Source: a bacterium (GTDB lineage: Bacteria > Patescibacteriota > Minisyncoccia > Moranbacterales > GWC2-37-73). Taken from it: a stretch of 64,000 bases of DNA. Of this stretch, positions 58,033 to 64,000 are shown in pieces. The notes under the pieces are model-generated. The model worked only from the letters and a program-made list of their open reading frames with translations. It searched no databases and was not told the DNA's origin. The translations under genes and the position numbers were made by a program. The DNA is taken from contig QKEW01000011.1 in assembly GCA_003251635.1 (NCBI GenBank), positions 39,411 through 103,410 of the forward strand. The letters run 5' to 3'. The stretch's first letter is position 1. Every line of letters starts with the position of its first letter.

Positions 58033-58060
58033 TTGACTTTCGGCTTATTTTTGCTATGAT
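58033..58060 (+). promoter_or_regulatory. Probable sigma70 promoter
   Basis: TTGACT - 16 bp - TATGAT with an extended TG. Confidence 0.55.
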
Positions 58061-58197
58061 TATCTGAATAATAAAGGGTTCGTTAACAAGTTCTAAAAAA
58101 GACAGATTTAAAATTGAATGATGGATGATATTTCAAGCCATTGTTGTCTGACTGTTTGTCATGGTTGTGTCATTTTTTGAATTAAAGGAGAAATTGG

Positions 58198-58599
58198 GTG
58201 CCAAATAAAAATGAATTGGTTGGTGTTGGATCTTTTGTTTATTTATGTGAGCAAAAGATAATTCTTTACATAGAAGAAGCAACGCGGGAGAAAGACGGAA
58301 TTTTTGCCAAATGTTTGTCGTTGGATAATTTTGAGCGACACGAGTTGTCTTTTTCGTTTCCAAAAGGCGAAAGGTGCAAATCGGGAACCGTCCTAGTTTG
58401 TCATTTTGAAGGAGTGAAAATGGCATTGGATTGGGAAATTAAAAAAATAAGGCGAGGTAGGCTAGGCCAAGTGGCCGAGAAAAATCTACCTAAATATGTT
58501 GCAAGATTAAATGAGTTTTTTATCAACAAAAACTTAGCGAAAAAAAATTTATTTTCTCTGGAGATTCTAAAAAAAGATTTATATCAACCTGTTTGGTAA
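58198..58599 (+). CDS. Hypothetical protein
   Basis: 133-aa ORF with GTG start preceded by AAGGAG; upstream promoter and downstream terminator. Confidence 0.55.
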   Translation: MPNKNELVGVGSFVYLCEQKIILYIEEATREKDGIFAKCLSLDNFERHELSFSFPKGERCKSGTVLVCHFEGVKMALDWEIKKIRRGRLGQVAEKNLPKYVARLNEFFINKNLAKKNLFSLEILKKDLYQPVW

Positions 58600-58690
58600 A
58601 AAGGAGGATTGGTGTGACATATGAAAGGATAGACTTAATTTTAGCCCCTGGCCCAGGCAAGATGAGTAAAGTTTGTATCGCAAGCGAAAT

Positions 58691-58724
58691 AAAGCGATTC
58701 GGGAAAAACCCGGTCGCTTTTTTT
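58691..58724 (+). terminator. Intrinsic terminator
   Basis: AAAGCGATtCGGG-aaaaa-CCCGGTCGCTTT followed by a T-run. Confidence 0.7.
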
Positions 58725-58751
58725 ATTTTAATTTTAGATTGATCTTGGAGC

Positions 58752-58786
58752 ACGTACGTACGTCCGTCAGTACGTTCGTACGTACG
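58752..58786. repeat. Tetramer-repeat palindromic element, copy 3
   Basis: ACGTACGTACGTCCGTCAGTACGTTCGTACGTACG; 58752-58775 matches 22877-22900 at 23/24 nt. Confidence 0.88.
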
Positions 58787-58805
58787 AAAATAAAATCATT
58801 AAATT

Positions 58806-58829
58806 AAAAAATCGCCACAGCGGCGATTT
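58806..58829 (-). terminator. Intrinsic terminator for the minus-strand gene
   Basis: AAATCGCC-acagc-GGCGATTT preceded by an A-run (U-tail on the minus strand). Confidence 0.7.
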
Positions 58830-58881
58830 CTGGCTTTAAGTAAAGGTAATTTTAAGGAATAGAAAATAAGGGTAAATTTTT

Positions 58882-61182
58882 TTATTCTGGCTTGAATGCC
58901 AAGATGGTTTTATCTAAGTTTAGGTAGATTTTTTTATTTTCTTCGTCGAAGGCCAGGTTTTGGGCTTGACCAATTTTTTCGTTTTGGAATTGTCGGACAA
59001 TTTGACCGCTGCTGTTAAATTCTATCAAGCGGGAGTTTTCGCGATCTAAAATAAAAATTCGCGCTTCATCTTCACTGGCAATGACTTGATCGAAATTGAT
59101 TAGTGTTTGAGAATCTTCAAATTTGAGGTTTGTTTGGCGTCCCTGGGATAATTGGAGTAGTTTATTTTTTTGAGCCAATAGCAGATTCTCACTAACTGCC
59201 AAATCTTGAGTTGAGTTCAAATCAATCTTGTCCTTGAGCCAGTCAGTTTTTTGTCCAAAGCCGCCTTCAGCTCGCGGAAAGCGGTAAATTTGATTGTTTT
59301 GAGCATCTAACAAATAAATATAGGTCAGATAGGTGGCGATGAATTTTATTTTACTATCGGAAGGAATATCAATCGATTCGGTCTTGATTTCTTTGGATAA
59401 GGGGGAAAAGGAAATGAGCTGGTTTTGATCAGTTAAGGTGAAAACCAAATTTAGATCAGGCATGAATGTGGCGGCTTGAAACTTTCCGCTTTCAGCGGGA
59501 AAATCAAAAGTCTGCCAATTTTTTGAGTTTTGATCAAAAATAGATACGCTTTTGTCGTTGACCGCCAAAAGAGAATCTTGGGGGGCAAATATTTTTTTTG
59601 CTGCAATTGAAGTCGGAATGCTTTCGAAGTTTGAATCTTCTAGAAAAGCCATGTTTTTTTCCTGGTCATATTTTGAAGTTGGATTCGTGGCGGTTGGCGC
59701 GGTTTCGATGTTCTCAATGGAGTTGGAATTTTTTTGTTCGGAATCGGATCGGGAGAAAAACATTGGCAAGAAAATGATTAAGGCCAATGCGATCAAGGCA
59801 TAGAGCTTTTGTTTTTTACTCAGTTTTAGAAATAAATTGGCGATTTTTTTCAGGTGAGGCAAGGCGAAGCTGGAAATTTTTTGAAAGAAGCGAGTCAGTT
59901 TTGTGGTGATTGGATCGGATTTGAATTGCAGATTGAAAGATTGGATCGAGGGTGTTTCAATGCCATTTATTTTTTCAGATGATTGTGGATGACCGGGCTT
60001 TTCTTGTTGGTAGGACTCAAAATCGGTATTTTTAGTTTTTTTTTCTAACTCGGAAAAATCATTTTTTGTTTTGAGTGAATCAAGTTTATTTTTTGCAGCC
60101 TCAATATGGGATTTGTAGTCATGAGAGTAGACGTCTTGGAAAAACTTTTTGGTTTTGCGTCTGAGCCAATTGAATTGTTTGCGTAGGGAAATTTTGAGGT
60201 TGTCGAAAAAATTGAAAGTAAGCTCTTGGAATATTTGCCAGTTTTCATTCAAGCGACTTTCTTTATTTTCACCAGATTTGTTTTCATCCGGACTTTGAAT
60301 GTAGATGTGGCCAGTTTTTTTGTCGGTATATTCAGCGGCTTCTTGTTTCGAAATAGCATCTTCAATGGTTTGTTCCCGGTAATTGGGATCGCCATTTTCA
60401 CTCTGTCGGTTTTGTACAAAAGCTTTTTGACTAAAAACATTCAAGTCGTCAGCTTTCTTTTGGGATTTATTTGCGCCAAAGGTTGCGGACGCTTCATTCT
60501 TGGGCGGCTCACTGATGTCAACAACCACGGTGCCGGCCAGATCCAGTTCGTTCGTTAGGGCTGTTTTGAGGAATTGAACAAACTTTTCTTTTTCTAGGCG
60601 AGCCAAGTTTTTCTTTAATTCCTTTATAGAAAGGATTTGAAAAATATCATCAGAAGTTATGACTAGTCTGTCATCTTTTTCCAGGCGGCCACTGGAAACA
60701 TTGATGAAAGTTTCCAAAGGATTGAGTTTTTCGGGTGATTCCTCGGCTAGATCGGCTGTGATTTCTGTTAGAAAGTTATTGCGAAAAAGTAAAATCTTAG
60801 CTTTGCCGGTAACGGCAAAATGCAAGTTGTTTTTTTCCAAAACACAAATAGCACTGTCTAGTTTTCCTAGCCACTTGATGTTTCCGTGTTTGGCCAGCTC
60901 AGAAAGAGCAAGGTTAACCTTGTTTAGGGCAGCATCAAAGCTTTCTACTACCGGTCTTTTGCTGTTTAAATAATACTCCTTTTTTAAAACGGAATTGAGA
61001 AAATTGACGATATAGGCGCTTTCTTCGCTATATTCGCGAATTTCAAACAATCCAGTCAAGCAGCCCAATTGTTTTTGGGTAATGTTTTCTGGAGCATATT
61101 GAAAAATTTCGATGTAGGGCTTGAGGTTTTTGTTATTAACCACCAAAATAGGGGAAATTTCTTTTTCCATAGTTTGAGTCAC
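58882..61182 (-). CDS. Bitopic protein: PP2C-like N-terminal domain, linker, TM and extracellular beta-propeller
   Basis: N-terminal SGRLEKDDRLVITSDD pattern (PP2C-like, degenerate). C-terminal NHL-like repeats IYLLDAQNNQIYRF and IFILDRENSRL. Confidence 0.65.
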   Translation of the reverse strand: MTQTMEKEISPILVVNNKNLKPYIEIFQYAPENITQKQLGCLTGLFEIREYSEESAYIVNFLNSVLKKEYYLNSKRPVVESFDAALNKVNLALSELAKHGNIKWLGKLDSAICVLEKNNLHFAVTGKAKILLFRNNFLTEITADLAEESPEKLNPLETFINVSSGRLEKDDRLVITSDDIFQILSIKELKKNLARLEKEKFVQFLKTALTNELDLAGTVVVDISEPPKNEASATFGANKSQKKADDLNVFSQKAFVQNRQSENGDPNYREQTIEDAISKQEAAEYTDKKTGHIYIQSPDENKSGENKESRLNENWQIFQELTFNFFDNLKISLRKQFNWLRRKTKKFFQDVYSHDYKSHIEAAKNKLDSLKTKNDFSELEKKTKNTDFESYQQEKPGHPQSSEKINGIETPSIQSFNLQFKSDPITTKLTRFFQKISSFALPHLKKIANLFLKLSKKQKLYALIALALIIFLPMFFSRSDSEQKNSNSIENIETAPTATNPTSKYDQEKNMAFLEDSNFESIPTSIAAKKIFAPQDSLLAVNDKSVSIFDQNSKNWQTFDFPAESGKFQAATFMPDLNLVFTLTDQNQLISFSPLSKEIKTESIDIPSDSKIKFIATYLTYIYLLDAQNNQIYRFPRAEGGFGQKTDWLKDKIDLNSTQDLAVSENLLLAQKNKLLQLSQGRQTNLKFEDSQTLINFDQVIASEDEARIFILDRENSRLIEFNSSGQIVRQFQNEKIGQAQNLAFDEENKKIYLNLDKTILAFKPE

Positions 61183-61335
61183 AAAAAACTGATTTTGTTC
61201 TTTGGATATTATATAATAATTTTATCTCAATGCCAAACAATTCGGTAATTTTTTTCAGACGAACAATGTTTACTTTTTTGTTTGGCGCCTTTATAATGTA
61301 AATAAGGTGTAATTTCTAAGAATTTCATTAAAGAT

Positions 61336-61938
61336 ATGTCGGAAACTCTCGAGGTATTGTTTGGTTCTAAAGCTAAAACTAGGATTTTGCGGTGTTTTTT
61401 GCTCAATCCGGAAACTGAATTTTCTGCGACTCAGTTGGCTAAGAAAAATATGCTAACTCCTTTGCAGGTGCGCAAGGAATTGAATGTTTTAAAAAAAATA
61501 AGATTTGTTAATCAAAAAAACCGCCGAAAACAAAATGTTTATAGTTTGAATAATGATTTTCATTTCTGCGCCGAATTAAAAAGTTTGTTTGCCAAATCCA
61601 ATAGTCATCCTCAAAGTAAAAATTTGAGCAAGATCAAGATGATCGGAGACGTCAGATTGGTTTTGATTAGTGGGATATTTCTTAATTATTCCAAGGGTAA
61701 AGTCGATATGATTTTGGTTATCAATAATGTTGATCGCGCCAAGTTGAAAAAATTCATGAGCGCTTTGGAGGCTGAAATTGGCAGGGAGGTTGGTTTTGTT
61801 TTAATGAATACTGATGAATTCAAATATCGTTTGGACATGCTGGATCGTTTCTTGATTGATTTCCTGGAGGGTCCTTATAGTGAAATTGTCAACAAAATTC
61901 CAGGTTTAAAGAGGTTTGTGATGGGTCTTAGAAAATAA
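61336..61938 (+). CDS. Winged-HTH plus degenerate minimal nucleotidyltransferase domain regulator
   Basis: LFGSKAKTRIL..FLLNP HTH region; SG..., VDMILV and EAEIGREV form an MNT-like C-terminal half. Confidence 0.7.
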   Translation: MSETLEVLFGSKAKTRILRCFLLNPETEFSATQLAKKNMLTPLQVRKELNVLKKIRFVNQKNRRKQNVYSLNNDFHFCAELKSLFAKSNSHPQSKNLSKIKMIGDVRLVLISGIFLNYSKGKVDMILVINNVDRAKLKKFMSALEAEIGREVGFVLMNTDEFKYRLDMLDRFLIDFLEGPYSEIVNKIPGLKRFVMGLRK

Positions 61939-61951
61939 TAAAAAACGCGTT

Positions 61952-63079
61952 ATGTTTTTGAATATAATTTTAATCGCTTTAGTTTTTTTGGTTCTGACTT
62001 TAGGCTGGATTATTTTTACGATTAAAAATAAGTTGGATGAAGGCGGTAATGATCAGCAGGCCAAAGAAAAAATAGCCGTGATTTTGGATCGACTCCAAGC
62101 GATTGGTCAACAAAATCAGAGTTTGCGTCGGGAGCTTGATGAAAAGCTATCCCAAACCCACCAAGCAACTCAGCGTCAAATGAGTGAGACAATCAGAACG
62201 GTTCAAGGCATCACTGGACAATCAGCCAAGTTGATTGGTGATGTGACTGAAAGACTGACCAAGCTGGACGAAACCAATAAGCAGATTGTCAATTTTTCAG
62301 CCCAGCTTCAGAATTTGCAAGACATTTTGAAAAATCCAAAACAAAGAGGGGTTTTGGGTGAATATTTTTTGGAAGAAACTTTGAAAAATGTTTTGCCACC
62401 CAATTCCTATCAGATGCAATACAAATTAGGAAGAGATGAAAAGACGGACAAAGATCTGATCGTTGACGCGGTGGTTTTTGTTAAGGAAAAAATCATCCCG
62501 GTTGATTCAAAGTTTTCTTTGGAAAATTATGAAAAAATTCTCAACACTAAAGATCAGGCTGAAAAGGAGCGTTTGGAAAAATTGTTCAAGCAGGATTTGA
62601 AAAACAGAATTGACGAAACATCCAAATATATCCAACCGGAAAAGGGCACTATGGATTTTGCTTTCATGTTCATTCCTTCGGAAGCTATTTATTATGATCT
62701 TTTGGTCAATCGGGTTGGAGCAGTTCAGGTTAATACTCGCGATTTGATTGAATATGCCTTTCAGGAGAAAAAGGTGATTATCGTTTCCCCAACTTCTTTC
62801 TTAGCCTACTTGCAAACGGTTCTGCAGGGATTGAGGGCTTTGCAAATTGAGGAAAGTGCCAAACAAATCAGAACTAACGTGGAAAAACTAGGCAAACATA
62901 TCGTGGCTTTCGAGGAATTTATGAAAAAAGTCCATGGTAGCTTGGGAACAACCGTGAATCATTTCAATTCGGCTTATCGGGAGCTGGGAAAAATCGATAA
63001 GGATGTTTCCAAGATAGCTGATAGCGAGAGGCAAATAGAACCATTGGTTTTAGAAAAACCATCAGCAGAAAATTCGTAG
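61952..63079 (+). CDS. rmuC: DNA recombination protein RmuC
   Basis: N-terminal TM and coiled coil; motifs KQRGVLGE, VDSKF, FAFMFIPSE and VSPTS. Confidence 0.93.
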   Translation: MFLNIILIALVFLVLTLGWIIFTIKNKLDEGGNDQQAKEKIAVILDRLQAIGQQNQSLRRELDEKLSQTHQATQRQMSETIRTVQGITGQSAKLIGDVTERLTKLDETNKQIVNFSAQLQNLQDILKNPKQRGVLGEYFLEETLKNVLPPNSYQMQYKLGRDEKTDKDLIVDAVVFVKEKIIPVDSKFSLENYEKILNTKDQAEKERLEKLFKQDLKNRIDETSKYIQPEKGTMDFAFMFIPSEAIYYDLLVNRVGAVQVNTRDLIEYAFQEKKVIIVSPTSFLAYLQTVLQGLRALQIEESAKQIRTNVEKLGKHIVAFEEFMKKVHGSLGTTVNHFNSAYRELGKIDKDVSKIADSERQIEPLVLEKPSAENS

Positions 63080-63106
63080 AACTTAAAATAAGCTGAAAAA
63101 ATTTTC

Positions 63107-63469
63107 ATGCGTCCCAAATTTTTTTCTCAAGATTTTTTTCGAAATTCGGTTGTTCATTGGATGTTGATTGCTTCCATTTTGTTAAACTTGGGATGTTGGG
63201 GTGTTTTGCTTTTTTTTGTGCGGCCAGTTGATTTTCCTATCATTTTGCATTATAATGTTTACTTCGGGGTGGATATTATTGGAATTTGGTGGCAAGCCTA
63301 TTTCTTCCCCCTGATTTCCTTGGCGATTATGCTTATAAATACGGTTTTGGCCTATTTTGCCTTTTCTAGCCAAGAGAGAATTATCAGCTATGTTTTATTG
63401 CTTAGTGCTTTATTGGTGCAAATTGGAGCATTGATTGTGGCTGCCAGCATTATCTTAATCAACTATTAA
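63107..63469 (+). CDS. Small 3-TM membrane protein (DUF1648-like)
   Basis: ILHYNVYFGVD loop between TM1 and TM2. Confidence 0.7.
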   Translation: MRPKFFSQDFFRNSVVHWMLIASILLNLGCWGVLLFFVRPVDFPIILHYNVYFGVDIIGIWWQAYFFPLISLAIMLINTVLAYFAFSSQERIISYVLLLSALLVQIGALIVAASIILINY

Positions 63470-63482
63470 TATATATCTAAGA

Positions 63483-64000
63483 ATGTTTGAATTTCCGAAT
63501 CCGCGGACCGAGAATATTCGCGAAAGAAAAATTCAGAGGATTTTGGAAATTATTCCAGGCACTTTGACCTGGGTAACTCTTTTGGGTATGTTTTTTCTTT
63601 CTTTTTTGCTGCCGGTTTGGGTGGCTGTTTTTATCATAGCTTTTGATGTCTATTGGATTTATCGCACAATTTTTATTACCACTTATTCGACATTGGCTTA
63701 CCGAAAATTTTGTCGGGGTAAAAATACGGATTGGTGGGAGAGATGCCAAAATATTATTCATCCGTCTCAATATGTCAAAGATTTGTCTGATAGGATTGAA
63801 AATTTAAAAAATCAACGGAAAAGTGTTTTTAATCCTCTAAAGAGACGAAAAATCGGCCAGGAAATTAGGATTCAAAAGACCTTTTTGGAAAGTGTCAAAG
63901 AAATTGAAAAGAATAAGGACGAAGTTTGGGATTGGCGTCAAATAGTTCATGTGGTAATGCTTCCGACCGCCAACGAACCGGCTGAGATAATCGATCCGGC
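63483..64000 (+). CDS. Membrane glycosyltransferase family 2, N-terminal part (runs off window; absent from ORF track)
   Basis: Open frame from ATG 63483: MFEFPNP...LEIIPGTLTW (2 TM)...HVVMLPTANEP, the first GT2 strand motif. Confidence 0.8.
   Translation, partial: MFEFPNPRTENIRERKIQRILEIIPGTLTWVTLLGMFFLSFLLPVWVAVFIIAFDVYWIYRTIFITTYSTLAYRKFCRGKNTDWWERCQNIIHPSQYVKDLSDRIENLKNQRKSVFNPLKRRKIGQEIRIQKTFLESVKEIEKNKDEVWDWRQIVHVVMLPTANEPAEIIDP

Noticed and set aside
24589-58060. Apparent preference for 16-bp promoter spacers
   Set aside because: Three examples, but other promoters (e.g. 26658 and 131) have 17 bp; the sample is too small and hand-picked.
22865-58786. Tetramer palindromes or pgk-end repeats as a CRISPR array
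   Set aside because: Copies are hundreds to thousands of bases apart with no regular spacers, and no cas genes are present.
252-63770. Numerous short antisense or overlapping ORFs in the six-frame track
   Set aside because: They are shadows of well-supported genes, with no motifs or independent expression signals.

Overview
An AT-rich, gene-dense bacterial chromosomal segment using the standard genetic code. Gene content points to a Patescibacteria/CPR genome, probably Parcubacteria or Moranbacteria-like (inference): streamlined aspS and proS, two DUF4012 proteins, a membrane-anchored Clp ATPase, an FtsA-like plus baseplate-J-like pair, a VirD4/TraD-like ATPase and many GT4/GT-C glycosyltransferases. 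Most of the window is housekeeping: proS, ispH, aspS, scpAB, a DD-carboxypeptidase, mraY, pgk, argS, murJ, eno, an alpha-glucan cluster and rmuC. No rRNA, tRNA, CRISPR array, transposase or integrase was recognised. Four features stand out. (1) A compositionally foreign cassette at about 9.8-12.6 kb holds a membrane protein, a divergent AONS-family PLP enzyme (the family of CqsA/LqsA) and a 7TM sensor domain joined to a native-looking histidine-kinase core. It is a candidate swappable signal-synthase/receptor (quorum-sensing-like) module. (2) Small accessory genes downstream of pgk are separated by extra copies of the pgk 3' end, with no integrase nearby. (3) A roughly 340-nt, highly structured intergenic RNA candidate at 29.87-30.21 kb has its own promoter and a terminator-like end. 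(4) Three dispersed intergenic ACGT/ACTG/ACGA tetramer elements, one of them a perfect 36-bp palindrome. All product calls come from reading motifs by eye; no database search was run.
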